A stretch of DNA of 64,000 bases from Lama guanicoe (GCA_013239625.1 MU056000.1:14846851-14910850), one strand, 5' to 3'; numbered from the stretch's first letter, positions 24,300-38,231 are shown. Notes: generated from the sequence alone by a model not told the origin. Numbers and translations are program-made.

Positions 24300-24760
24300 A
24301 AAGGACCACATCTTCCCAAATTTAATAAATAGATACATAAATAATCAGAAAATACACCACCATTAAACAGAAGAAATAAATCCCAATAACCAGAAAAATA
24401 AAAGTGGGTAAACAGGATTAATATAGTAAATGAATAAGTTAATTACAATTAAAGAAGGAACACTGGCTTTATAAAAATATCTCCTAGAGATCTTGAAATT
24501 TAAAAATTTCATAATTTCAATTAAAAAATCAGTAGATGTGCTGAACAGCAAAGTTGATACAGCTTATGAGGAAAACGGAGCAAAAAGATTGAATATAGGG
24601 ATTTTTCTTAAACGCTTAATAAAGTATAAAAATAATTTTAAAAATGAGAAAATAGACAAGAAAGCTCTCAAAATCATTCCTCCTGCCCAAGAAAAGTTTC
24701 AGAATGAAATAACAGATAAAATGAAGGGAGCAGTATTTTAAAAATCAGTTAATTTAATTT
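24300..24760 (+). mobile_element. Old L1/HAL1 ORF1 coiled-coil remnant
   Basis: Translation LEILKFKNFIISIKKSVDVLNSKVDTAYEE resembles the ORF1p pattern EILEMKNTITEIKNSLDGLNSRLDTAEE. Confidence 0.7.
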
Positions 24761-25399
24761 TTATAACCTGTTCACAAGTTTCACGATGTGCTTGGCAGTT
24801 TCTACTTCCTTTAATTGTATTTCCTGGTGTTGCCAACTGCAGTGTTTTTTGCTTTGTTTTGTTTTTTTCACTTCAGTGTTGCATCATGAAACCATTTTAA
24901 GTGATGAACAACTAATTTTGGTTAACATTTATTTGTAGTGCTATCATGCAGGAAAATAAACAGAGTTAGTTATATGTATGATTAATATCTATGTTCTGTG
25001 TGTAGATAAATATACACATGTGCAACTGCATCATAACTCGCTTCTTTGTCTGGCATTATGCCTGCTTTACAATGAATTTAAGGTACAATTTTCACAAAAA
25101 CTAAAAGGTTAGATGATATTATTTAGAATAGCAAAATGGTGATGGCCAATATAATAAGTATTGTTAATCAACACAATTTATAAACTATGATGTCATCTCT
25201 GAAAAATAATAGATGCTAGTGTTTATTGAGAATCAACGATGGCCTGACCCTGGGCTAAGTCTTAGCTACGCTTATCGTATAATTCATTTAACTAGGTACA
25301 GGGGGAAAAAAAGACTAGATCTCTACCAGAGGAGTAGATCTGATTGTATGATAGTTGATCATCTGGATTGCCAAATGTTTCCTATCTGTTAAAGTTTGA

Positions 25400-25682
25400 A
25401 ATTTTCATATTCAGTTGAGATTCAGAATATTTTTATTCGAAGCCATACCACTCACCAGCCTCAACTCTGTATATAGAATATCTCGGTTTCTGAGCTCCCC
25501 ACAGGACCGACAGAGCCTCCCCAAGACAAGATCTTGCCCCACCTTCTCCCTCTGCCTCTCCTGCTTTCTTCCCTCCCAGACAAGTGTCAATCCTAAGAGC
25601 ACTTGAACATTGATCTAGTCAATATCTTGGATCTCAATCTCTGTCTCAGAATGTGCTCTCTAAGAAAGCAAACCTGCAAAAA
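25400..25682 (+). mobile_element. ERVL LTR33-like LTR, 3' part
   Basis: CTTCCCTCCCAGACAAGTGTCAATCCTAAGAGCAC...AATCTCTGTCTCAGAATGTGCT...AACCTGCAA. Confidence 0.7.
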
Positions 25683-27480
25683 AGTGTTTCGGAGTGAAAA
25701 AACATATACAAAGCAATAGACACATTTAAAAAAGTCCTAGGACATTTGACTTAGATGTAACTCTGAGGTAATTTTGCTTATATAAATAATGCCCTGGTGG
25801 GCTACATTTAGTATATCAAGAAAAAAGTAAAAACCCAGTTCTAGAAAAAAATGTGATTTTCCTACAGAGGAAGACACATTTTAAAAAGTAATCTTTAATG
25901 TCAAATGTGAGAAAAGTGAATTACAAAAATGACATTTGTATAAAAAAATCCTAAACTATTTTAATTCTCACATTGGTTGTTTATTGAATGGTATGCATAA
26001 GTCACTTTTTATTATATATGTTTACCCACATAATTTTACCTATAAATATAAATTATTCATAAAATTTAAAGAGAAAATACCTGTTATGAGGTTGAAGTTA
26101 ATGATATAACAAAGCATTGTAGGGTATTTAAAATATTGCAGTTACAAATTTGGGGAGAATTTGATAAATAACATAGATTTATTTATGTCTGCATTAATGT
26201 AACAACATTAATTAATATAGATAAAAGAGAAGGTAAGCTTGTGGAAGTTAGAGCCGAGAACGTGAATACATTTCTTACTTAGGTAAGAGTTGCTCAGGAA
26301 CTAAAACAGAATTGCTTCTGCAGGCTTGATACCCCAGGTGAGGACCTGGGAAGAGAAAAGCATGGGATATGAACAAGGCCCACTCTATGTGCTATGCAAT
26401 TATTTTAATGAAACAAATCTAGAGAATTATTAAAGCAGTTATTTCTTGATAAGCACCATATTTAACACAAACTATTTAACTTTAAAACTTCAACAGTTAC
26501 CATCTTACTGAAGATCACTTGCTTAACCTTTTAGGAGTTAATTATTCATAAAGCTTTGCTTTCTCTGAGATAATGCAAAAGACTGAAAGTAAAATACTCT
26601 ACTAGTGCATACAGACAATTTAATTGGCTTCCTGTTATCAGAATCTAGAGATCTGATTATTTTTAAGTAATAAAAGGTAAGAGAATTCTTACTGAAAAGC
26701 TTAGCGCTTGCTTTGCCATGGTTTCCAAAAGTCTTCTTACACAATTGAATTGGCACATTTTTCTTAAAAATAAAAACACTAGTTCTGCCTTGTTGAGAGG
26801 ATATACAATATTGGATAAAATGACTTTTCTTTTGTCACTATTAAATATTACGTTCTGCTTTAGCTTAATAATAAACAATTCTTTGTACATGTAACTATTT
26901 TTAATTTGTGAATTCGTTGTCTCAGTAGATGATCTATTTTCTGGAATGATGTAGTTTTACTTCATGACCCACAGCAAGATCATGGCTTAGAGATGCAGTA
27001 TGCAGTTTTATAATATTAGCTCGTACTTCACACATAGGATAGGATTGCACTTAAATAAGCCTTTGAAGACAGGTGTAGTGAAATGACTAAATTTTACCAG
27101 GAAAATACTAGGCAAAAGCTTTAAGGGCTGATGTATAACTCGGCATCTCATCTGTCTTCTGCCTTTGTAGCCAGTAACGTGGAAGAGACGCTTAGCTACT
27201 GCATGACAGCCTGGGCATAACTAGTTTTAAAAGATATATTTTATTGCCTAGAAATAACATCATGAAATCTTAGAGAATTTATTAGCTACAGGGGTATTGA
27301 AGGCTTTATGGTTATTTTTTTCTTGTGTTACAAATGCACAAACTAAAGCATAGCTGATTCTTTGACTTATCCAAGATCACAAAAAAATCCACTGTTTCGT
27401 GTTAAATGTAATCGTTTGTATTTCTTTCTTTGTTTCTCCCACTCAAGAAACTAGGTTACATTCCTTAACTGCATAGGTAA

Positions 27481-27906
27481 TGTTGGGGATGAAATTTTTC
27501 TCTGCCCTTCTAGGTTCTTCTGGCTGGTTTAAAAATTAAATTGAAATGACACTGGTTAAGAGGAGAAAATAAAATAAAAGCTTAATAACATGTATACAGG
27601 GGAGAGGTCCAGGAAAACCGAGTAACTCGGCAAAGTGGCTGAAACCTTCACCTTTAAATATCATCATCAGCTGAGGACAAAAGACAATATTGGGGGCCCT
27701 GCCTAGAGCTTCCTCACCCCACACGTAGCCTGTGTTCTTTGCAGATGTCTCTGGGGATAGCTCTGCTACAGGAACACGCCCTCTGTCTAAATTCCTTTTT
27801 AAACAGGTGAAAGATCAGAGTTTCTTCCTGAGACTTCTCCTAGGCCTTCGTTGTTTCCAGCTGGAAATAACTAACATGCCAAAGAGGCAAATTTTGTTTC
27901 CCTACA
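27481..27906 (-). mobile_element. ERV1 solo LTR (MER34/LTR39-like)
   Basis: TG...CA termini; ends CATGCCAAAGAGGCAAATTTTGTTTCCCTACA, the reverse of the typical 5' end of this group. Confidence 0.8.
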
Positions 27907-28030
27907 ATACACATCTTACTGGCTTATAACAAAAAAGGCTTATTTTTTTGTATATGCTGTATCCTGTTTTGTCACTAAAGTTTGGATTGTGGTGGTGTGT
28001 TATTATTGCAACGTAATCTAACCCATCCTC

Positions 28031-28873
28031 TGCTGGGCCAGAAACAATGGAAAGTCTGAAGTTTTACCCTACTTACAGGCCAACAAATCAGTGGGCTACA
28101 GTATAGATGTATTGTATGTCACAGACATATACACACACACACACACTGTGATAAAATAATATTTGTATTTTTGGCAAGATAAGAACAATTTAAGAGTAAA
28201 TTTTTTTTCTCTGCCAGTTTAGACCTCCTCTCCCCCCTTTAGTTTTTATTGTGCATCTGCATTTACCAGACCTCCTTAGGAGATAACATTCATTCTTAAT
28301 CTTGTAAGAGGTCGTATGACTCACTACTTGTGTTGTTGGATTGTGTAACTGTCATTCATATATATATATATACATACACACCCATTGACCAACACGTGAG
28401 ATCTCTGGGTCACAGACAAAGGCATTTTATCACTCAGAAAAGCAGAAACCAGAAAGCCAGAACAGCATCTTGATTCACTTCCCCGAGCACCAGTCTCCAT
28501 AGGGTGATGCAGTGAGTCTCAGATGGTACCAGACATGGAATGGGGTGTAATGCCAGAGATCAACCCCCAAGTAAGAAACTTTGCTCTTATATAGGGCTGC
28601 TGTAGACCTGACCACACTATTCTCCCTACAGAGAGACAAAGATGTTTTTCTTTTATTGTGGAATGTAAGCAAATTTTCTCCAGCAGGAGCATAGAGAAGC
28701 GTTTATCTTTATTATTATCCTAAAACAGCTTTGCACAGTTAGATATTTCGGTATTCACTTTCATGGAACACCTATCAGTATACAAGCCATCCTAAGTTGT
28801 CCGTGCACACTTACCTTGCTCAGAGAACTGGACTCTTTAGGAAATAAGGGATCCAGGAAGAATTGTCCCAGCA
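28031..28873 (-). mobile_element. ERV1 LTR (MER90/MER92-like), interrupted at ~28120-28390 by microsatellites and another LTR-like fragment
   Basis: TTTTACCCTACTTACAGGCCAACAAATCAG and CTGGGTCACAGACAAAGGCATTTTATCACTCAG; termini TGCTGGG...CCCAGCA form an inverted repeat. Confidence 0.7.
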
Positions 28874-29267
28874 TCCCCACTGAAATAGCCACTTTCACAA
28901 ATATGTATCTGAATACAAGCAGAAGACACTCTTGTCAAACGCTAATTGTCACTATTGGTGCACTTACTACTAATGCTTAGAATGTAAAAGAAAGTCGGTT
29001 ATTGCATTAATTTGCTAATAACCTGAGTAAATTAGATACAGCAACTCTGGAAAACAATCTTAAACTGACGATAGGATCAGAAAGATGAAAATAATAAAAA
29101 TAATTATTAGGTAAAAATAAATAGAAAAAATAATAGAAAGATGGAAATAGTATGTGTCAATAGGGTAATGGCTAAATAATTATGGCAATATACCCCCTAA
29201 AAAATTATCCAGATGTTAAAAAATAGTGAGGCTGATTTATAAGTGTTACAGCATCAGAAAGCTCTTT

Positions 29268-29474
29268 TTGTGTGTGTGTCTTTTTTTAAATTGAAGTATA
29301 GTCAGTTTACAATGTTGTGTCAGTTTCTGGTGTATAGCATAATGTTTCAGTCACACCTACACATACATATATTCCATTTCATATTCTCTTTCATTATAGG
29401 TTACTACAGGATATTGAATATACTTCCCTGTGCTATACAGTAGAAACTTGTTTATTTTGTATGTAGTAGTTAGT
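29268..29474 (-). mobile_element. 5'-truncated young L1 3' end
   Basis: Cetartiodactyl L1 tail TTGAAGTATAGTCAGTTTACAATG; TSD AAAGCTCTTT (29258-29267 / 29475-29484). Confidence 0.9.
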
Positions 29475-31339
29475 AAAGCTCTTTAAGATGTATTAAGCAA
29501 AAAGTTTGTCACAGACTCCATCCGTGTTGTAACCTGTGTGTGCACATATACAAAACACACACATATACCTACATACGTATGTGTGTATATAAAATAATGC
29601 ACTACCCCCTTACAAAATGTTTTGGAAACTGAAAAGATTTATTTGTCCTAAAAAATGGGAATTACCAAGTGCATGTTTAGCAGAAGTTATTTGATGCCCA
29701 GTAGTTACTGAGCAGTCGAGCACGTATAATCTGAGCACTGTAATTAGCACAATATCCTTCTCAACATTCATGTAGGTGAAAAACCTGTTAGTGGCTAATC
29801 TTGGAATTTGATTCTTTAAGAAATAAGAGCACAACTTTTTCATGTAAACATGTGGTTTTCACATACTGACTCTTTTTCAGAATTGCAACTACCTGAAAAA
29901 TAAAGGTATGATTGTACTTTGTTTATTCAAACTTTACTCAGATTTGTTATCCATTTAAGTTGCTGGGTGCATGATCATTCTATATGTGGTATATGTTTAC
30001 TTCATTATGGCACATGAAGTAAACATGTGACAAAGTTTTCTGTATTAAAAGAGGTATTATTATATAGCATGTTTTCATGTCTCTTTATCTTTCAAAGGCA
30101 GTATTGAATTGCTTTTATTGGTAGATTATAAAGTCAGATTATTCTCTTTGAATTTTGGCATGTTAAAGAGAACATTCAAAATATGCATTATTAAATGGTA
30201 CATTGAATCTTGGTAAGTTTAAGCATGTCTGTTCTATATAATTCTCTATTTGTTGAATGTCATTTTTAAATCTGCACTAAATATGAGTTCTGAAGCCATA
30301 GAGGTCTGAATTTGAACCTTGACATTGTCACTTAGTAGATGTTCTTAGAACATTTGCTTTTTAAATTTTTTTCATATTGTTTTGCTTATTTTAGAAATAT
30401 GAAAGAATCACACACTTGTAGGATTGCTGTATTAAATTACATTCACACGCAGTAAAAAGCACGAAGTTTTACACACAGTAAATATGAAATGCATATGTAT
30501 GTTCATTTATACATGCATAAGTAAATACATTCATGCTATATTAATATCCAGGACCAGTTGTCTGGAATGTTCACTCTGTCATGGGGAAACATCTCATTGC
30601 ACATTGAAGCTCCAAATAGCATTTGGTATACAACTGCATTTACATTAACTTTCAGCAGAAAGAAGAGCCTTACTGACCCTCGCTCATTACTCTTCCATGT
30701 ATTTCGTATGCTGATTTTTCATAGACTTGGGGAATGTGATGGCTTCTAGGAATGGTCCTGAAATACGCAATATTTGAGCAAAAGTCTATCGATCAAAATG
30801 TTTCCGAACTTTAAAGCCTGGGCTAATGCTTCCCTATCGATTTGATAGTCGGAGATGATGTTGTCTTTTGATAAGCGCTGTTCTCATTAAGCAGCAGTCT
30901 AGATACAGCCCAGCCGTGCTCAACAAGACTCACTGAAAGCACAGCCTGCAGATCGAAAAGCAATTAGCATGCTGGATTGTGATAATTACCCACAGTATGG
31001 GAGGCTTCTCCAAGATAGAGCTTCCACCATGTCTAATAATGGGATTCCTTAAATGGTGATATATTTTCATAGACACACCACCAGCCTCATTTCAACTTTG
31101 TCACTTATATTGGATAGGGAAATAAATGTCCTTCACACATTTTTTTCTCCCCTTCCTGAATTATCATTCACTGCTGCTCTGACAACTTATAATGTCACCT
31201 AAATGTTACCTTGAATCATGATTTAATTGGCTGGGGCAAAGCAAAATCTCATTTATTTCTGCTGCTGCTTTGCCTTGCAATGCAATAATTGCCAAGACAC
31301 AAAAATTTAAATGGAGCTCTGATTAAAAATGAATGTGGA

Positions 31340-31674
31340 TGTGGAATCTTAAAAAAAAGATGAACTTATTTACAAAACAGAAACAGACTCCCAGACATAG
31401 AAAACAAACTTATGGATATGGAGAGGGAGAAGGGTGTGGGAAGGGAAAATAAATTGGGAGTTTGAGATTTGCATATACTAATGACTATACATAAAATAGA
31501 TAAATAACAAGTTTATACTTTATAGCACAGGGAACTATACTCAATATCTTGTAGTAACCTACAGTTTAAAAGAATATGAAAATGAATATATATATGTATA
31601 TGTATGACTGAACTATTGTGTGCACCAGAAACTGACACAATATTGTAAACTGACTATACTTCAATTAAAAATAT
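31340..31674 (+). mobile_element. 5'-truncated young L1 3' end
   Basis: L1 3' UTR (TATAGCACAGGGAACTAT...GTAAACTGACTATACTTCAAT); TSD AAAAATGAAT(G/A)TGGA (31325-31339 / 31675-31689). Confidence 0.9.
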
Positions 31675-34600
31675 AAAAATGAATATGGAAACAGATGGAA
31701 CAGTTATGTGTCTGGCATAATTTTCCCCTTATTACAAAAGGTTAAGGTGACTCAAATTTTTATTTGCTTAGAGAAAAGCAATTCTGGGACATAACATAAG
31801 CTACGTGACAAGTTTTTTCACTCAACAAAAATCCATTCTTTCTGAATCATCAATCCTTAACATGTTGGTCTACATATGCTTTTATCATTAATCAGAAATC
31901 ATATAAAATAAAAAGTATGTTCTGATAGCTTGTTTTAATAATTAGGTGTACTTCATGAATAATACTGAAAATATTTTATTATTCCTTTGCTTCATCAAAG
32001 ATAGCATCTTGAGAGCTAGATTCAAGACTTATTATTGTAAGAAAAAAACAATGAAGACTAGTAGGACTATTCTCCTCTACGAAAATGTTGGGCTTATAAA
32101 AATGCCTTACAGTTCAGTTGTCCTCTGTGTTTATTATTGTGTTTTCTTCTACTTTAGTTCAGACCTCTATAAGCATTTACAAATGACATTTGCTAGTTGA
32201 GTTTTTAAACTGCTTGATGGCCCACATTGGGGCAATTACCTACATGTTTTATTGTTTGTCAATTCAAATAACATGTGTAGACAACATGCAAGAGCAAAAA
32301 AGTCATCAAAATAATAAAATAGAAGTACTACTTTTTAAATATGTAATGTTTTCTTCTTCTGCACTTTTATGTATCTGATTTTATCCCTGGTCATTAGAGG
32401 ATAGCAGCTGAAGATATTTTATTAGGAATAAAAAAGAAAAAGAAGATACAATTTCTTATTTTTTCCAGAATTTAGATCCAAGATTTTTCTGGAGAGGAAA
32501 TAATTTATTTTAGACTCCTTTAGCTCCCATTTGGTATATCGAGAGCCAAGTGTGGTGGCCTAGATCGTAGTGCTTTTATTATTTTAGTTGTTTTTATTAT
32601 TTTATATTCTAAATGTAGTGAGACACTCACTCCATCCAAACTGAGGGATTTTTGCATGAAAATGGTGGGAAGATTCTGGTAGGGAAGACCAGAAAACCAA
32701 GTGATATTAGAATGTCAAAAAATAATAGGTGTGGATACAGATGGAAAAGGTCATTTGTCTTTCTGACCAAGTGGGGTAATGGGAGAAGGTAACCTTGTAG
32801 GGTGTTCTAGCAGCAACCTCAAGCAACAGAGGGGGAACTAGAGTTAACACTTCTCAACCACTCAACAAGTGTGCTGTAGAAGGAATCCAGCTGTCCCTCC
32901 AAGCCATCTGGGGAGAGGTGGGAGGTATCTGAGGCTGGAAGGCAAGCTGACCAGAAGATTTACAAAGATGAAAGAAGTGGAGGGCAGTACTGTGGTTCTT
33001 CAGCTAAAATCTATAGGATGGTCGTCCTGGCCTGAGGATAGCTGGATTGTTGCTGTTGGGTATCAAGTGGAGGTAAATGAATGGGAGCACCGCTGGGCCT
33101 TCCTCAAACCAAACAAGAACAGAATTTGTGTTACAGCAACTCATGCATTAGCAGTAGACCCCAATAAAATGCCAGAGATAGGATCTTACCAACTCACCAA
33201 ATAGACTTCAGCCACAACCCATCAAATAACAAGGCATGTCAGTTTTGTCCTGGAATACATTTGTCTTCTCACTAGGTATAGCCTTAAAATTGAGACTGGT
33301 AATAATACAGTCAATGATCAGCATCTAAGCACCTGCTGTCCTGGAAAGAAAGAGGGTAAACACACTTATACAACATTTAATATCACAGTCCTATCTATTT
33401 TGTATTTCTGCTTTTGGCTAAGCCCTCTTCTGAGTAACACATTCTTTTTTTAAGATGTGTTAATAGTTATAATCAGGTTAATGTCAAGTTCTGCTGGCCT
33501 GGAAGCTCTCTGCTCTTGAGATGGATGCATAGCTATTCTCAGCTCCATTATGAGTTTAAAAGTTTCACTGTCAGGGAACAATCTTTCCACTGTATTTTCA
33601 AGTTAGCCTTTCAAAGGGTAGATTTACTTTTGAGTTATTTGTAATATATAATAGAAAATAATAATTACAGTTTTCCTATTTTTCATATACTTAAACATTT
33701 AAAGAATTTTTTTTTACATATTTTTAAAGAACTCAAGAATTTTTAAAACTTTTTTCAGGAAGCTATTTAATAATTTTAAAAGAATTCTAAGTTTTGACAT
33801 AAATGAACTAGTGGCTCTGCAAAACTTGTCAATATTTGTCACAAAGGGATAAATGTTAGGAAAATTATAGAATCAGTGGGACCTCACTGCATTGTTCTTT
33901 GTTTGGATAGTTTTATTTTAAAAATCAACGAAGTTAGTGAGACAGATTTTGCCTTTGGGGGTCACAAAGTTGAATTTTATGTGGTTCATAGAATTAGTGC
34001 AGTGAAAAGGGAAATTATTTACCAATTCTCAAAGAGAGGATTATTTACCAACATTTTAAACACTTGAGATTCCACATAAGAAGTCAGGTGTTCTACTTCT
34101 TAAATTCTGAGTTGAATTGCTTACTGGATGGGAAGACAACTTCAACTGAGTAGCATTAAGAGAAAAAAATAAGTGTTTCTTCTCTGTAGTCATTCACTGT
34201 TCAAAGTGCAAAAGTAAAAGTAAACAGAGAGAGATATACATTTTAAGGAAAAATGAAAGAATATATCTCTTAGTCTAACTAAAGAATATTCCAAGGTTAT
34301 TGCTCCAATTTGCTAAAGCAAGACATTTTGTGACACCACTGTCAGCCATTTTCTCGTTTATGTTCCCTAACCTGCCTCTGCAAGGCATGTCAGTGTGCAA
34401 TTCTTGCCATAATTCATGTTTACTTGTGTTAGCACGTGTGATCTTACTGACTGGCTTGTAATCTTGTGGTACTAAGTGCTTATCAAGTTCTACTCTGTCA
34501 AGGTCAATGCAGGGAGTACCACCTTGATGAAGATGTGTCAAGGTAATGTGATGGTAGGCCATTAACCTCAATAGTAACTTTAGTGAAATGTCACTACAGA

Positions 34601-35605
34601 AGTTTAGTGATGCCATTACCTACATGAATATCAGAGTAGCTGACTATGCAATGATGAGTGTATCTTATTAAAGATAATATCTTCCTGGACATACAAGTCC
34701 TCAAAATCTGCAGCTACTATATGTCACTGAAATTTTAAGTGTTTGATTTATGCCATGGCTAATCTTAAATTCTGGGGCAAAAATTAAAAGAAAGCCATGA
34801 TGCCAGCACAGCTTAGATAGTATCTTGTGCATTAAATGGAAGAATGACTGAATGAGAGAAATACAGTGAGCTCTGGCCCTAGGGATCACATATGTGACTA
34901 AATTTCTGAAGCATACCTAGATATTTAATTTGTTTTAAGAAAAATCCATAAATTCCTCAAGTAACATTTTTTGAAATTCACATGTTCTAGGTAAGAGGGA
35001 TATTCCCAATGGAAAACAGATTCAAATGAGAATTTAAAAAGCTACATTTTTAAGAAAATACATGTAAAATGTACACTTATGAATACTCTATTTGGTAAAC
35101 TACAGAATAAAATGTATTGTCAAAGGATAGTTGAATTTAATAAAGATGCATTTTTAAAAAATTATACAAAATAATAATTTTATCTCTTGTGTTTATAAAT
35201 TTAACTCTTGTCAGGAAAGCTCTGTTTAGTATTTGGAATGTGTGTTTTAGGTGCTTTTAATTTTTTGTATAAAATCAACTCTTCCTATGTCCGCTTTGTA
35301 TAAAATTTCCAGATAGCTAAACAGATGATATTTCAAGTGCTTAACTTTCCATGTTGTTTTTCTTTGGATGATAAGGCTGTTGAACCCACCTTTTATAAAT
35401 GTGTTGTCTGACAGACAATTGAAAATATATATCAGGTTTCATTAACATATATACAAATACATTTTCTGTAATATACTTGGACATAAATTATTAAGCAAGC
35501 ACAATTTCTTTCACTTCAACTTTTAACGCTGGGAAATCATTCATTGTAATCTGATAAATGGATTGTAAACAGAAATATAATCCAGTTCTTTTAATGAACC
35601 TCCAT

Positions 35606-36518
35606 TTTGTTGAATTGAATATAGTTTATTTACAATGTTGTGTTACTTTCAGGTGTACGGTAAAATGATTCAGTTATGTATATACATATTTATATATAAT
35701 CTTTTTCAGATACTTTTCCATATAGATAATTACAAGATATTGAATATAGTTTCCTGTGCAAATCAGTAGGTCCTTGCTGTTTATCTGTTTTACATATAGT
35801 AGTATGTATATGTTAATCCCAAACTCCTAATTTATCCCTCACCCATCTTTTTACCCTTTGTTAACCATAGTTTGTTTTCTGTGTCTGTGAGTCTGTTTCT
35901 GGTTTATAAATAAGTTCATTTGTATCATTTTTTTAATATTCCACATATAAGTGATATTTGTCTTTCTCTGTCTGACTCACTTCACTTAATATGGTAATTT
36001 CTAGGTCCGTCTATGTTGCTGCAAATGGCATTATTTTTTATTTTTTATGGCTGAGAAACATTCCACAGTATGGAACACAAACACACACACACACACCACA
36101 TTTTCTTTATCTGTTCATCTGTTGATGGACATTTAGGTTGCTTCCATGCCTTGACTATTGTAAACAGTGCTGCCATGAACATTGGGGTGCATGAATCTTT
36201 TCAAATTAGACTTTTCTCCAGATATATGCCCAGGAGTGGGATTGCAGGATCATGCAGTAACTCTGTTTTTAGTTAATTAAAGAACCTTCATATTGTTCTC
36301 CATAATGGCTACATCAGCTTACATTCCTACCAACAGTGTAGGAAGGTTCCCTTTTCTCCACACCTTCTTTATTTATTATTTGTAGACTTTTTAATGGTGG
36401 CCATTCTCACTAGTGTGAGGTGATACCTCATTGAAGTTTTGATTTATATTTCTCTAATAATTAGCAATACTGAGTGTCTTTTCATGTGCCAGGTGCCATC
36501 TGTATTTCTTCTTTGGAG
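35606..36518 (-). mobile_element. 5'-truncated L1 (ORF2 C-terminus plus 3' UTR)
   Basis: Classic reverse L1 3' sequence; approximate TSD TG(A/G)ACCTCCAT (35595-35605 / 36519-36529). Confidence 0.9.
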
Positions 36519-36949
36519 TGGACCTCCATGTTTTTATTGTTCTACATTATAAACATTTAAATAATGAAGCACTGCAATGGAATATTGGAAGTTATCTTCT
36601 TTAATCACTGTATTTATTGGCACAAAAACACACACGTTAAAAAAAAAAAGCCACAGAGAAATTGAGAGATGTAATAGATGGTAATATAGCAGTACTGAAA
36701 CTTAAAATATTTCAACTCCATATGGCACAAAAAACTTGCAGTACAGAGGCCTTGCACAGAGGCCTTGTTATTGATAAAATAACAGTGTCTTCATTAAAAA
36801 TATCCCCTTGATTGACTTGAGATTAAGTCTCATGACTTTCACGTAATGTGTATTTCTTTGTTCTTTTTTTCTGAAAGCCAGTGGCCCAGGAAGTGCTTCA
36901 CTCAGTATTACTTTTCTTTTCTTTGTTTTTAAGTTTATCTCTGTGACTA

Positions 36950-38225
36950 ATATCTCCTCTTTTCTTCTCCAACCCCACTCCTTAGTATCTATCATTCTAC
37001 TCTGTTTCTAGGAGATTGGCTTTTTTAAGATTCCACATATCAGTGATATTGTACATGTCTGTCTTTCTCTGTCTGGCTTATTTTACTTAGCATAATGTCT
37101 ATAATGTCCATCCATGTTGTCACAAATGGCAGGATTCTCTTCTTTCTCATGGCTGAGTAACATTCCATTACACACACACACACATATATTTTTATTTATG
37201 TATCTATCTCACAACTTCATTATCCATTCATTATACATTTATCAGTTTAAGAGTACTTATTTTTTCTCCATATCTTGGCTATTGTGAACAACGCTGTAGT
37301 GGACATGGGACTGAAGATATCTCTTTGCAATCCTTTTTTCATTTCTTTTGGATATATACACCATAGTGATTTTGATGAGCGTCTTTAGAACAATTGTTTT
37401 GAGCTCTCTGTCAGGTAATTTCTGGATCTCCGTTTTTCAGGGGCCAGCTACTGGAAGTTTATTATATTCCTTTTATGGAGTCATGTTTCCCTGATTCTTC
37501 CTGATCCTTGTAGCCTTGCATAAGTGTTCGTGCATTTGAAGAAGCAGACACCTTTTTAGACCTTATGGGCTGACTTAAGTATGGGAAGACTTTCACTTGC
37601 CAGTGGGGCTGGGGGAGCACACTGGAGCGTGCTATTACCCTGGGTCTAGTGGTGCAGCACACCAAATGTGAGGGCATATGGTAGCACCGAGCCCAGGGTG
37701 GCATAATGTCTCTTCAGCTTAGGCTGCTGGGTTCCACAGTATTAACAAATGTATAGTCCTTGATGAGTACTGCAGAGCATCCACAGTGGCACCAAGGACT
37801 GTTGGGTTCTCAGAAGCTCCTCCAAGTACAGCAGCTAGGAACCAGACCAGGCAGTGGTGGTGGCCAGACAGAGTCTTGTATACACATGTGACTGCAGGTC
37901 CCACTCTTAGGTGTCTGAGTAGTGGTAGGTGCTAGGTGCAGACACCCACATAGTGGAAGGGACCGGGGCAGAAAGCACGGTCCTGGGCCGACTCCTGGCA
38001 CACTGGTAACTGTGGGGGCTCTGGTTGTCCAAGCATGTTACCGTGGCTGCTGGGTCTTGCCATAGTTTCATGGCAGTGGATGCAGGTGACAAGGGTCAGA
38101 CCAGGGTCATGCAAATGCACAGCTCGGGAGTTAGCTACAGGTGAGTGCAGTGGTGTAGGCTTGAGACTAAAGATAGAGCCTGATCTGAGCCTGCAAGCAG
38201 CTGCAGGGCCCTGACTGCCAGGCAT
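36950..38225 (-). mobile_element. L1 with 5' UTR and ORF1 start joined directly to the ORF2 end/3' UTR
   Basis: 36950-37370 is an L1 3' region, 37371-37560 the reverse ORF1 start, and 37560-38225 GC-rich 5' UTR-like sequence. Confidence 0.7.
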
Positions 38226-38231
38226 GTTTTC

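Noticed and set aside
36743..36767. Short direct repeat ACAGAGGCCTTG x2
   Set aside because: An ordinary slippage duplication, not an array.
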